NCBI RefSeq assembly: GCF_009914755.1
Contig: NC_060936.1
DNA: 64,000 nucleotides
From: the human T2T-CHM13v2.0 reference genome, Homo sapiens
Reading direction: 5' to 3' (one strand)
In this document: positions 47,389 through 60,432 of the stretch, one piece after another
Numbering within the stretch: the stretch's first letter is position 1
Layout of the letters: the number at the start of each line of letters is the position of its first letter
Notes under the pieces: model-generated
What the model was told of the DNA's origin: nothing
The model's database searches: none
The model's input: the letters and a program-made list of their open reading frames with translations, nothing else
Translations under genes and position numbers: made by a program

Positions 47389-47979
47389 GAATTCATATTT
47401 CTTCCTACCCTTTCTGCTCCAGCATCATTCATCTCTCCTCTCTACAGGTTATCTAAGGATACACACACACACACACACGTCTGAAAAGAAAAATGAACAT
47501 TCCTCCCACTAACAACCTTTTCCCCATTTCTTCATTGGCAAATTTATTGAAAATGTTCCATCTATGCTTAATTTCCAACACTTCCTTATCATCCACTCAT
47601 CAACTGATCCATGTCACAAATATTTAAGCAGCTGTTATCGGCCAGACACTGTGACAGGAGCTGGCAACACATCTATGAGACACCCTGGCATGAACCTGCC
47701 CTAACCAAGTTCATAGTCACATGGCAGCCTAGCTTCTGTCCCACCTTAAACATCTCCAGTGATCTCTGTACTCCTTTAGCCTCCATTTAAAAAATTCACG
47801 ATTTCCCCAATTGTTTCACCTTCTTTCCCTCCATGGCCCTCAACAAAAATGTCCAGATTTTCTCAGTGTTTTAACCCTTTATTCCTCTTCCCTTTTCCTT
47901 GGGAATTTCATGCATTATTATGATTTTATTCTCTCCCCAACCCCCAGAAAATCTATTACTCCCCTAATTTTTCCACTTA

Positions 47980-48290
47980 GTAACTAATGCCACCATCCAC
48001 CCACCTGGTTAAGCCAGAAACTTGGAAATCCTTGTTTCCTTCCTTTCCCTCTCCCCATCATCACAAACATTAATTAGCGAGTCCTATTGGGTCTGTATCA
48101 GAAATGTATCTCAAATCCACCTCATCTCTTCATTGCAGTTTCCATGACTCTCAGCTAAGACCCCCTTTCCCTCACTCAGCTTGTGTGAAAGCCTCCTAAC
48201 CCTTTTCCCTCCTTCATGATTGCCCCCAACAGCCTGCACCACGAAGAGGCCAGAGGGAACGTTTTTAAAAGAAATGTTATCATAACTGTC

Positions 48291-48332
<42 letters not shown>

Positions 48333-48795
48333 CCAGTATCTTCCCATTCCCCTCAGAATAAAATCCAAACCTGCTTCCACAGCCAGCACAGCCCTTCACC
48401 TGTGCCCTGCCCCCTCCTTGCCCTCACCCCTTCTCCTCCCAATTTGCTATGATCCTCAAGCCTGGAACCCTCTGCCAGATCCCTGCACATCTTCACTGGC
48501 AATTCACCTCATTCAGGAGGATTTGGAAGCCTTCCCTGGCCAACCAACCCAAATGCCCCCAGGCTAAGCCATCACTCTCCATCACACCCTGCCTAACTCT
48601 CTTCTGAGCACTCACATTGTTCAGTCAGTGTTGATTATTTATTGTCTACCTTCCTCTACTAGAAGAAAAGCTACACAAGAGCAAGGACCTTGTCTTTCTT
48701 ATTTACCAGGACACTCCTGGTGCCTAGAACATGCCTGGCACTTGTCAGCCCCTCAACAGATATTTATTGATGAATGAACAAAAGAATGAATGAAT
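47980..48795 (+). mobile_element. L2 3' region with (CA)n at about 48294-48328
   Basis: aatgccaccatccac...gccagaaacttggaaatcc...tgcctagaacatgcctggcac...tatttattgatgaatgaa. Confidence 0.8.
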
Positions 48796-48944
48796 GGGGC
48801 AAGATAAAAAAACAAACATAGGCAAAGGCAAGAATAACTGGAAACAAAGACTGCAGAAAGAGGGAGTTTTAAGGGACTACACAGAAGAGTAACAACAGCA
48901 ATCTGAAGTGGTAAAGTGCTAATCTTATGAATGGAATTTCCATA

Positions 48945-49300
48945 TGTTAAACTAATTGAGAGGTCATTAGGCTAAGGTGACTCTGGCACCCTGCATCCCT
49001 ACATCAGCAGAGAAACTCAACTCAGTGTAAATGGTAAAATGAAACCAAGCTTAACCACTAACTAACCTCTAACTAGGGACTTTCCACTGGAATGATCCAC
49101 ATAGGGCTACTACTCCCCTTTAACCAATCAAATATTTCCTTTGCTCTGTTTCTGCGTTTGCCCTATAAAAGCTTCCCCACACCCTGCCCCAGCAGGGGAG
49201 CCCCAAAGCACCGGCAGTCTGGAGCTGCCCAATTCATTATTCACTGTCTGCTCAAATAAACTCTTTAGCTTTTTAATGTGCCTCAGTTTATCTTTTAACA
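48945..49300 (+). mobile_element. ERV1 solo LTR (MER93-like)
   Basis: TGTTAA...TTAACA termini; 4-bp TSD CATA/TATA; CCAAT, TATA box and AATAAA in LTR order. Confidence 0.8.
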
Positions 49301-49898
49301 TATATCTGTTATATTCTGACTTGTCTGTGGCCTGAAACATTTTAGAGACAGCCTAATTTAGGGAGCAACACCTGTGCTGATAAATCCATGCTAATTTTCA
49401 CAGCTAGGTCAAAATATCACAAAAAAGGAAGAAAATAAAGACAGTCATGTGCTGTAAAGATTTTCATACATCTTCAAAAACATTTCAGAAAGGAAGAGTC
49501 CTCTGGGTTTCCTCCCATATTTGGACTGTAATAAATTCAGATCAAACACAAAGAGCAGAGAGAGAGAGGCAGGAGAAGGGGAGGGAGAACGTTCTCCTCC
49601 CCCAGGAAACGTAGGGCGCCCATCTTCTGATGCCTGAGGCTGCAGGGACCCACACCCCATCACAGGCAGGCAGCAGGGCTTCCACTTGCTTCCTCTAACT
49701 ACTCCTTTCTTATCCATTAGAATATAGGGAAGGAAGGGAGGGAAATAGGGACAGGAAGAAGGGGGTAAGGAGGGAAGCATGAAGAGAGGGAGGTCACAGT
49801 GTGCTGACTCAGTGCTTCACTTCCCCAGGCATCCCAGGCTGCACTAGGTGATGCTGGACATTGAAAACATGCAGGGACCAAGAAACCCAGCCCAGTAC

Positions 49899-50105
49899 CT
49901 CATCATGGACCACACAGCTCGTGGGGACACTGGGAATCCACTGCTCTTGGGTTCTGGTGGCAGTGGAGAGTGGCAGCCACCCCAAGCTCCTTTGTGAGGG
50001 AACCGCTGCTGCTTCCCATTCTCCCGGTGAGGATGGCCTGGCAGTGAGGAGGGCTGGGGGCTCCCGGGCTGCTGTGGGCTGCGTGGACAGAGGGCCCCAT
50101 TGCTC
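49899..50105 (-). CDS. TMTC1: TMTC1 internal coding exon (probably exon 5), 207 nt, Pro/Ser-rich SNGALCPRSPQQPGSP...PRAVWSMM(R)
   Basis: ORF 49844..50152. Acceptor gcacaacag|G, donor AG|gtactg. Continues the frame from the previous exon (TC+G = Ser) and matches the recalled human TMTC1 protein. Phase 2-2. Confidence 0.92.
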
Positions 50106-50559
50106 CTGTTGTGCATGGAATTGAGGGAAAACAAAGTCAACCAGAATGACAAGGCTTACAACAACCGATAGCAGTAAACTGCCCCACCCACAAGTCTTGC
50201 TTCCTGGAAACAACCATTCTCAAGTCTTTAGCCCTTGTGTTTCTGATATTTACTGCCATATTATTAAAACAACATAATTATGAATGTTTTTTCAATTTTA
50301 GACCTTATCGTATTGACCTAGTATAGAACACTGTAACTCAGTCTTTGTTAGATGGCCACCAACACACACACACACACACACACACACTCAAACACACACT
50401 TCTTCACCCCTCACCCTCCAAATAGGTTTCTCTCAGAATATTTGGTTGCAGTGGTATTAAGGATTTACATTATTATAATCTTGTAAGATATTGCTCATAG
50501 CTGAACCATCCAATTAATTACATTTTTTTCTGTTATGAATTCTCTGAGAAACCATTCAG

Positions 50560-51190
50560 TTATGTGAGTAACTCACATAACCCACTAGATGGGCAAAAAT
50601 TTAAACATCTGATACTACCAAGGGATGATCAGAAAGTGAAACAAAGAGGATTCTCATTCCTGCTAGAACCATTTCAGGAGCAATGTCTCGGGATGTAATG
50701 CAGTTAACGTGCATCTATCCTTTGCCCAGCAACTACACTTCCATGGCTACGCCTGAAAGAAACCTTCACGTATTTGCACAAGAATATATGCACAGAAATT
50801 TCACTGCAGCTTAGTTTATAATAGCAAAAATGTAGAAATAAACTAAATTCCAAACCCAGAAAAATGGATAATGATAATTAAATACTATACAGCAGTTAAG
50901 ATAAATGAAATACAGCTACATATATCAACACTGATATATCTCAAAAGCCCAATGGTAAATGAAAAAAAAAAGCAAGTGATACCATTTATGTAAAGTTTGA
51001 AAGTATGTAAAATAACACTTTTGCTATTCACTAGCATGTGTGTATATGAAGTAAAGTCCTAGAAACTATCATGGAAATGAAAAGTGCCAAATTCAGGATT
51101 GTGATTCCCTCTGGAGAGAGAGGATAAGGACTGTGGACAGAGAATGTTATTTTCTAGATGTTGGAAATTATATCCTGAATTTTTAAAAAA
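50560..51190 (+). mobile_element. L1ME-like 3' fragment
   Basis: ggcaaaaatttaaacatctgatactaccaag...cccagcaactacacttc...gataccatttatgtaaagttt...aaattcaggattgtgatt. Confidence 0.7.
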
Positions 51191-51669
51191 GAAAGATAAT
51201 TTTCAGGAGCTGATTTTGTACTGAAAATCTTTCCTCCTAAAGATGATGTCAAATAGAAGAAATCTCATTCCATCCATGTGGGGCCAATCTTAAAATTTAG
51301 GAATAAACTGCACTTGTAGGAAAGTACTTGCAACATTTTGTTTCTATTACTGTTTCTTTCCTGCTTCCTGAATCATACGATGAAAGATCTCAAGAACCAC
51401 CTAGTGCTAAGATGTTTATTCTAAATTAGCAGATAAAGTAGGGACTGGGGAGTAGACCCCTAGGTGCTTGTGTAAAACTCTGTGTATATGTGCATTCCTC
51501 TGGGGACATAACTTTGTGAAATTCTCAAGAGTCCACGACCCCCCAGATACTCAGAACCTTTGAGCTGTGTAACTGTCATGGTGCCTGAGCAGCAGACGTC
51601 CTGCGAGGTCTCCTGAGTCCCTGTCATATGTTCCTCCCTGGAAGCAATGGTGCTCCGGGCTAACCCTGT

Positions 51670-51830
51670 GAATCTGGAGCCACGCGGACATGGGTTCAAA
51701 TCTTGGCTCCTCTTGGGCTGGCTGACTGTGGGGAGGATACTTTCTGTGCCTCTGTTTTCTCCTTTGTAAAATGAGGATAAAGATTGTTGCAAGCAAATGG
51801 CATGGCACAGTGCCTAGCACAGGGCCCGCC
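51670..51830 (+). mobile_element. MIR
   Basis: tgggttcaaatcttggctc...tctgtgcctctgttttctcctttgtaaaatgaggataa. Confidence 0.75.
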
Positions 51831-52092
51831 CTTAGGTGATATCACCCATCTTTGGCCAGGTCTCCGTGTTACATCCTCTGGTTCCTTCCTACCACTTTTT
51901 ACAACTGTAATCAATCACTCGTCAAATTACTTACATAATGTCTGTCTCCACCAACATCTTAGATGCTCTTTGCGGGAAGGAACCATATTTGTCTTGCTCT
52001 TGGCTAGGCAGAATGAGTATGTGTTGAACGGGTGGACAAAAGCATGAAGAAAAGAATGAATGCCTCCACTTAAGCAGCACTACCGGATATGA

Positions 52093-52401
<309 letters not shown>

Positions 52402-53539
52402 TAAAAGTTTCTTTAAAAAAAAAAAAAAAAAGACCCAGACTGAGCTGCGGGACTTGTATCAGCAGTATTAATCCTCCCAAAGAATTTCTAGCCATTTAGT
52501 ATGATGAAGGTAAAGAAAAAAAGAGACAAGTATCCCTTTTGAAAAAGGCCTGGCTCAACAGTGACTACATGAAGAAGAAAGAAAGAGGTGTAGGCACCAG
52601 TGGGCTGGAGAGTCCCAAGATCAGAGGAGACATGACTTTCATGACAACATTAAAATAGCTCTGGACTGGACCACGTGAGAGAACGCATCTGCAGTCAGCT
52701 GTCTTATCTTTTTGCTGTCAGTGAGGCATAGCAGAAAGACATTAGGAGGTTGAGACAAGGTAGATGCAAGAAGAAAGTGGAAAAGGGGTTTACAGGTTGT
52801 TCCCTAAAAAGTAAGATGGGCAATGCAATTACTCCCACTGGTCAGAGGATACGGAGGAAAGGCAACCTCACATAGGCCAAAGGGAGGGCCTCTGGCTCAC
52901 GGTTTTCTTGGCACGAGTTTGGGTCAAAGTGATTATTTGGCTCCAAGTTTTTACAAGCCTCTGAGATTTACCGAGAGCCAACAGAGCACTACACTCTTTT
53001 TAAATTATCCCCAACTATCACACTTCCAGGCAGGAAGGTGATCAGAATTTCCTGACTCATCTCAGCGTGTTGCCACTCAATATCACTGCTCTTATCTTTA
53101 TGTCAAGAAGTATAAAGAGGTAGGAAATGGGATTTAAAAAGCAGGATTGTTTTTTCAGATAAAATTCTTCATTTGATACGGCAGGGGAATAAATTAGCCA
53201 CATCTTTTAAAAGTTTAAAAGTAAGGACCTTATAATTACTGAAAAATGGGGCCTGCTTGTAAAATTACTGGTAATTATGGATTTGATGGGGAAGAAAATT
53301 ATAGTATGTGCTTGAACTTTTAATATGCCTTAGTGATTCTTATCATCTATAAGCCACAACATAAAATGAGTGTGCCTTAAATTTTTTAAATAAATTAGGC
53401 TACTAAATAAGCTTGTTCATTAATTTGAATATGACGTGTACGTACTCCTGTATGGTGTAGACTGGCTCTTTGTGGAATTCCAATGGGTGCCTCCTAAAAC
53501 TCTTAGGTAACAGCATCATTAGAAGAGCAGGAAAAGGGG

Positions 53540-53720
53540 CTCTTTGATGGATAACACTCATGCAAATGCAGGGATTCAAAGCAAGCTGTGAAAAACTGTT
53601 ACCATTTGCAATCACTATTTTTATGAATCAAGATTTTCTCAGCAGCATGCAACCAAAACAAACCAGCAATATAAACTTGCAATTAACACAGATACTTTTC
53701 AATTCCAAATCTGGGGCTCA
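53540..53720 (+). mobile_element. hAT/Charlie transposase C-terminal remnant
   Basis: The translation KLLPFA... followed by a frameshifted gaatcaagattttctc resembles the hAT LLPFxTTYLCESGFS motif. Confidence 0.4.
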
Positions 53721-53944
53721 CAAAAACTTCATAGTCCTCACTGATTTATACAAAAGTGTGAAGCATTTGAACATATATAATGCGCTTATCTTAATGAAAT
53801 AAGCCTTGTTGATTACGTGACAGTCTAAGGTGAGATGACATTTAATAAAGTGTTATATTTTTTAAATGGAAGTTTGGAAACTATTAAGTAATTTTTCTCT
53901 GCCCATGACATGCCATTTGATATCAAAACTGTAAAATGACTTAC

Positions 53945-54121
53945 GACTTGTCTTGCTTGTTGGAAAGGGAAAAGAGGTCATAAACCAAGCACACTCCAAA
54001 CACCGTGATGCCTGTCTCTTTCACCAGCATCGCACAGGTCCCCAGAAACAAACTGAGCAGCAAGAAGAAGGGAGACACCGTGGAAGGGAAACTTCCCCCA
54101 ACACAGCCCTGATCCAGACTC
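53945..54121 (-). CDS. TMTC1: TMTC1 internal coding exon (probably exon 4), 177 nt, SLDQGCVGG...AMLVKETGITVFGVCLVYDLFSLSNKQDK(S)
   Basis: ORF 53941..54132. Acceptor gtttttcag|G, donor TC|gtaagt. Hydrophobic TM segment and the KETG motif of TMTC proteins. Phase 2-2. Confidence 0.97.
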
Positions 54122-55493
54122 CTGAAAAACAAGTTGGAGATTCTTTTAATCTAAGAAAGAATATGGTCTGCTAAGAAATGCCACCTCTTAAAGATAAGAT
54201 CTAATGTCAATTTCATTGCATTCTAAGTAATTAAGCAGGTAAGTAGAGATTTCTTAAAGAGCCTTCATCCCCACAATACTGAATTTTGTACTTAAATTGC
54301 AATATACACAGACTACGGTATGTAACAAACAAATGAACACCAAAAAGCCATTTAAAATTCTACCAGAGAGACATACTTAGTCATATGAAAAGATGTTTAA
54401 GTGAATACATTCTAAGTGAATAATCGAGTTACTAAACTATATGCATAAGCTCAGGGGCCAGGTTCCCTGGGTTCCCTGCTAACCACAGCCGTCAATTAAC
54501 AGGATAATATGGGGCAAGTTGCTTTACTTCTTGGTGCTTCAGTTCCCTTATGTGTGAAAAGGGATTATAGCGTTGTAGGGGGGATTAAACGAATGACTTG
54601 TCACACATCAAGTGTGTATCACCATCATCATTATGGTAGTGAAGTGTTTTATATGCTTCCATACATAAAACAAAGTTGCCAGTGGATATATATGCCAAAA
54701 TATAATAAGCATTTCTCTCTGGGATGAAAATACAACTATTTTAACCTTTTTTTCTTTTGACTAAATTCATTTAGCCAAAATATTTAAATTCATTTTCTAT
54801 GAGCATATCTTAGGTAAAGTTTATTTTTTTCTCAGTTTAATTTCCAACAAGGATTTTCAAAATCTCTCCGGTGCTGTTAAGCTTTTGTTTCACCTTGTAA
54901 AACAGAGCGGGCCCCCTACCAAGAGACATCACTGTTCCCTTCAACAGGTACCACACCTATTGGCTCCTATTCCATTGAAGTAAAGGCCAATGTTTCTGTA
55001 GTTGAGACACCTTCTCCTTAGTGTTCTTAGAACAATTGCATAACATTATATGCAGAATTTGCAGTAGAGAGGCATTTTTTTCTATTGAGTTGGTCTATAG
55101 CTCAAATTTCTGAAAGTGAGAATGGCATGCAAAACCAATCTGTAATAACATGGCTCATTATCATACAGATATGGATACACTGCAGGCCTAATCATGCCCC
55201 CAAATATATTAACCACAAAGAACAGGCCTAGAGAACAAGTTTAAACTCCAAAGCAATTATTACTTCTATTCTAATGCCAGAATGAACAAGAAACAATTAA
55301 TTGTTAAATTTTGGCTTATATTTTCAGATTTCATAACACCACATCATATGATCAAGAATGCAGTAGGAAGTTACAAAGCCAGGAGCAGAAGACTTACACT
55401 ATGCTAAGAAAATGTTCCACCCTTTAAACAAAACAAAACTTCCTAAGACTTAATTCATTTCATTATTGACACAAGGTCTAGATTGGTTTGTAA

Positions 55494-55736
55494 CAGGTTT
55501 CTCAATCATAGCCCCACTGGCATTTTCTGCCAGATAATTCTTTGTTGTAGGGACTGTCCTGTGCATTGCAGAATGTCTCTTCTGCAACATCTTTGGCTTC
55601 TACCCACTAGATGCCATGAACACCACTTCAGTTGTGACAACCAAAAACGTATGCAGATATTGCCAAATGTCTCCTGCAGGCAGAGGAGGTAGTGGCTAGG
55701 ACGAGGAGGAAAATCACCCCTAATTAAGAGCCACTG
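55494..55736 (+). mobile_element. MER20 (hAT-Charlie MITE)
   Basis: caggtttctcaa...gataattctttgttgtagggactgtcctgtgcattgcag...gagccactg; degenerate 8-bp TSD GTTTGTAA/GTTTAGAA. Confidence 0.88.
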
Positions 55737-55880
55737 GTTTAGAACAGTGTTCCTCAGTCACTGGGCTTTGTAAGACTATAGGTCAATGAACTGATCCAAA
55801 GATCAGGGCCACCAAATGCTTAATCAGGCATCTCTCCATGAAACTGGGCAACATGGTTGACTTGCCCCCCTTTTCCAGGT

Positions 55881-56273
55881 TGTATTAGTCTGTTTTCACG
55901 CTGCTGATAAAGACATACCTGAGACTGGGCCACTTACAAAAGAAAGAGGTTTATTGAACTCACAGTTCCACATGGCTGGGGAGGCCTCAAAATCATGGTG
56001 GAAGGCAAGGAGAAGCAAGTCACATCTTACATGGATGGCGGCAGGCAAAGAGAGCTTGTGCAGGGAATCTCCCATTTTTAAAACCATCAGATCTCGTGAG
56101 ACTTATTCACTATCATGAGAGCAGCACAGGAAAGATCCACCCCCATGATTCAACTACCTCCCACTAGGTTCCTTCCACGACACATGGAAATTGTGGGAGT
56201 TACAATTCAAGATGAGATTTGGGAGTTACAATTCAAGATGAGATTTGGGTGGAGACACAGCCAAACCATATCA
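55881..56273 (-). mobile_element. THE1B-like solo LTR
   Basis: tgtattagtctgttttcacgctgctgataaagacatacc...cagccaaaccatatca; TSD CAGGT/CAGGA. Confidence 0.93.
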
Positions 56274-56939
56274 CAGGACATGCTCTGAGCTGCCCCCATT
56301 CACATTCTCTTTTTAATCCACTCCTTTCTCTATATGGACATGACATGACTCAGATGAGAATCTGATTGGTTTAGGGTAAAGGTGTAATATAATGGGAAAT
56401 TATTTTAAGGCTTTTCAGTTTCCCAATGCAAAAAACTTCTGTCTTTTGATGAAACTATATGTAAATTGGAAAACCACAGTCGAGAAATGCTACTTTATAC
56501 TCAGCTTTGTCATTTTAAGCTCTGAGTTACTTTGGTGAGGCTAAGAGAAAAAGTATTAGGAACAAAATGAAAAGGAAAAATTAAGCAAATTATAGGCAAA
56601 TAAAAGAGAACATTGCATCAAATACATTTTGGCTTAGAGCGAAGATTCCAAATTCACTTCTCAGTAAGAAACTACAAGTAAAAGGAATGATAAAGCAAGT
56701 GCTTGGGTTCCCAACACTGGGAAAGCAATCCCTTTAAGGTGCTACAGTGTGGTTCAGAATGGGGTTGGAAGAGAAAACGGCCCAGCACTGGACAAGCAGA
56801 GAGTTTCCTATTCCTGGTCCCTGGAAATCTTGCTTAGCATTTCACAACCAGAAGCTTCTCTCCTCTCAGGCACATGCTCCCAGTCTACACACACGGCACA
56901 GTTGCGATCACAGAGAAGGGCATTCTTAGCTACACATAC

Positions 56940-57013
56940 CTGTTGTACGAGAGAAAGGCCAATAGAAACAGCAGACACGCTAACACGTCCGCTCTGCCAA
57001 CGATCCCAGCCAC
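56940..57013 (-). CDS. TMTC1: TMTC1 internal coding exon (probably exon 3), 74 nt, VAGIVGRADVLACLLFLLAFLSYN(R)
   Basis: Not in the ORF track; read manually. Minus strand ttattttaacttccaag|GTGGCTGGGATC...TACAACAG|gtatgt. Encodes the TMTC-family VAGIVGRAD motif. Phase 0 to phase 2; joins the next exon in frame (AG+G = Arg). Confidence 0.96.
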
Positions 57014-57449
57014 CTTGGAAGTTAAAATAATAAAAAATGAAACTTCAGACAATTACTTTCAGAAAACTATTACACAAATCCATTACAGAAATGTATTTGT
57101 TGTTAGATAAATGGAAGATATAATAAAATAGAAATCTCACTGTTCTTCAAGTTCTGATATATGGCTAAGCACCTCTGATTATCATATATATTTAATAACG
57201 AGTTTATGTAAGGAAAAAAGAGGATGGATGGAAGGGGCAAGATTTCCACACTTTATTTTTAAGCTCTCAGAGCGTCAATTCACGGCATCAAAATTTATTC
57301 ATGTATTAACTTATTCAAAAAAATTTTTGAGCAATACTTGAGAGTCAGACACTGTGTCCTTCTGTGTACCATAATGCTAATGGAGCAGACAATATTTTTA
57401 GAGAACTAGAAAAAAGTAAGTTGAGAATCAATACTTTTAACAAGAATGG

Positions 57450-57748
57450 GGCCGGGCAGGATGGCTCACATCTGTAATCTCAGCACTTTGGAAGGCCGAG
57501 GCTGGCGGAACACTTGAGTTAACGAGTTCAAGACCAGCCTGGACAACATGGCAAAACCCTGTGTCTACAAAAATATACAAAAATTAGCCACGCATGGTGG
57601 CACATGCCTGTAGTTCCAGTTACTCAGGAGGCTGAGGTGGGAGGACTGCTTGAGCCCTGGAGGTCAATGCTGCAGTGAGCTGTGATCGTGCCACTGCACT
57701 CAGCCTGGGTGACAGAGTGGACCCTGTCTCAAAAAATAAAAAAATAAA
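57450..57748 (+). mobile_element. AluJ
   Basis: Full dimer with J features (ggaggactgcttgagccc, gctgcagtgagctgtgatc). Confidence 0.92.
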
Positions 57749-58164
57749 CAGGAAAGGGAATGAGTTTGAACTCATGATTGCTATATGTGAGTATATGTGT
57801 ATGTGCATGTGTGCATATTTTTCTTAGCTCTATCACTGAAAGGGCCTATAAATATAAAACCTCAGTAGCAAAGGGCCATCTTGGCACTAACCACAAACCA
57901 TTTCCCCACGAAAGAGAACACCAGCTCCTTGGAAAACTGGCTGACACCAGGGCTGAGGCTGGGGAAATCCAAGAGGAGCTTGGATCATCTCGTGTCAGAA
58001 AGTAAGAAAATGCTTATAAAATGACAGTCAAAAGGTCATAGAAGCCAGGACAATGGGATCCCACCGAACAAACTTAAGGCAATTTGAATATTAAAATAAA
58101 TGGTACAATAATATATTATAAACCATTGAAAATGAAATCCATGAGTCCATACTAATAATAAATA

Positions 58165-58460
58165 CAGCTATGCATTCAATAACAACTTTCAGGTCAACAA
58201 CGAGCCACATATATGATGGTGGTCCCACAAGATTATAATACCATATTTCTATTGTATATTTTCTATGTTTGATATGTTTAGATACACAAATACTTACCAT
58301 TGTGTTACAGTTGCCTACAGTATTCAGTACGGTAGCCTAAGAGCAATAGGCCATAGCATCTAGGTTTGTATAAGTATACTCTATGATGTTTGCACAATGA
58401 CAAAATCACCTAACCACTCATTCTCAGAACATGTCCCCATTGTTAAGCAATGCATAATTG
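58165..58460. mobile_element. Tigger3a (MER7A) TcMar MITE
   Basis: TA|cagctatgcattcaataac...gttaagcaatgcataattg|TA, with TA TSD and TIR-like ends. Confidence 0.85.
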
Positions 58461-58949
58461 TATATACATAAATGAATGAATGGATACATATAAATGTACA
58501 TACATATATACAGCAAGCAAGTGAATGGGAAAGAAAGGAGACCTCTTCCTTCATTAAAAAGCCAGTTAATGAATGTGGAGGGAGCAGAGGAGTTGGGAAA
58601 TAACCATTTTGCTTCCAGAAGAGTGAAGACTGGAGCAAGCAAGAAATATCAAAAATATCAATGGATGCTAAACCTAGGGCATGAAAGTTTTTGAGGTGCA
58701 AAGTATTAGTAGGACTTCAAAGTGTCTATTTACTAATTATTAAATGAAAAAACTTAAAAAGAACACTATGGAAAAAATGCATTATATTGCACTACGTCTT
58801 AACTGTGGAATCAAATTAAAATCACCATTCCTGAGAAGGAACCATCATAACCATCATTTATGCAGTATTCTAGCAGGGACGTATAACCTGAATATAATCA
58901 TGAGAAAACATCAAACTCAATATGAGGAACATTTGATAAAAATATAAAT

Positions 58950-59420
58950 GAATATATATTACGCTAACAAATTATAAATTTTATGTGTAGCAATATTTTG
59001 TAGCGTTACATTTTATTGCATATTAATTTATTCTAATGTATATTATACCATGATTCATAATTATATAACTCATTATAATCAATTATAATACTGTATTTAT
59101 TATATACTATATGTATAATGTATTACATATATGATATGCATATATTATATTTTCTATATTTATTATTCATTCTGCATTTGCATATATATACTATATATCA
59201 TATATTATTTATATATTATGTATTTTTTATATAATATGCTCTATCTATAAATTATATGTAGTATATGTTATAAATTGTATAACATATTAATAAGTATTAT
59301 ATGTTTATATTACAGTTATAGAATATATTAAACCATATATTGCAATATAACATGTTTTCTTATTTTACATGTTCTAATATAAATTCTAAATTATATTATA
59401 ATCTATAAATTATATTATAG
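58950..59420. repeat. AT-rich low-complexity tract
   Basis: About 470 bp of (TA)-rich sequence. Confidence 0.9.
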
Positions 59421-60136
59421 AAAGACAATGAAGACTGGTAACTGTTTCATACTAAAGGAGACTAATGAAAACTGAAGAGAAATGACTAATGCTTTCAGCT
59501 TTCAAAAATGTACAACTAAATTATTAAAGTATAAAGGAGTATGAATTGTGCAACCTACTGTCAAATGCTTCAGAAAATAAATAAGATTTTTATATATTGA
59601 GAGAGAAAGAGAGGAAGGTGATAAAACAAATGTGAGAAAATGTGAAAAATTAGTGACTCTGGATAGAAAGTATACAGTTATTCTCCATATTTTTTAAGTT
59701 TGAAATTATTTCAAATAATGCATTACTTCAGAAGAAGATTGAAATGGAAGAGGGATGGGAAACAGATGACTCTTTACAAATCTTCACACTATTTTGCTAC
59801 ATATCCATGCATTTCTCGTTTTTTTTTTTTAATCCAAGAAATAAGAGAGTCAAGGGAAAAAATGGGATATAGCTTTTTAAAAATGCTCCAAAGAACAGGT
59901 ACCATAAGAGCTGAATGATGAGGAACAGCTCAAAAGGGAGATGAACTGGGCTGACATTTCAGGCACAGGAATAGTATCACCCACGTCACAGAAGACCCGA
60001 GGTCTATGGTGTGTTAAAGAATCCATCAACAATTAATAGTAGGAAATAGTTTTCTGGGAAATATACCTATAAGCATCCTGATGCAATGAGCACGCTTTGC
60101 AGTCATGAAGGAGAAGCAGTGAATAAGCATGGAGGT

Positions 60137-60432
<296 letters not shown>

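Larger units (their letters stand above)
57760..59720 (+). mobile_element. L1MC/L1MD-like 3' UTR fragments, interrupted by Tigger3a and an AT-rich tract
   Basis: aatgaaatccatgagtccatactaat; aacctgaatataatcatgagaaaacatca; actgtttcatactaaaggagacta; aagtttgaaattatttcaaa. Confidence 0.7.
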
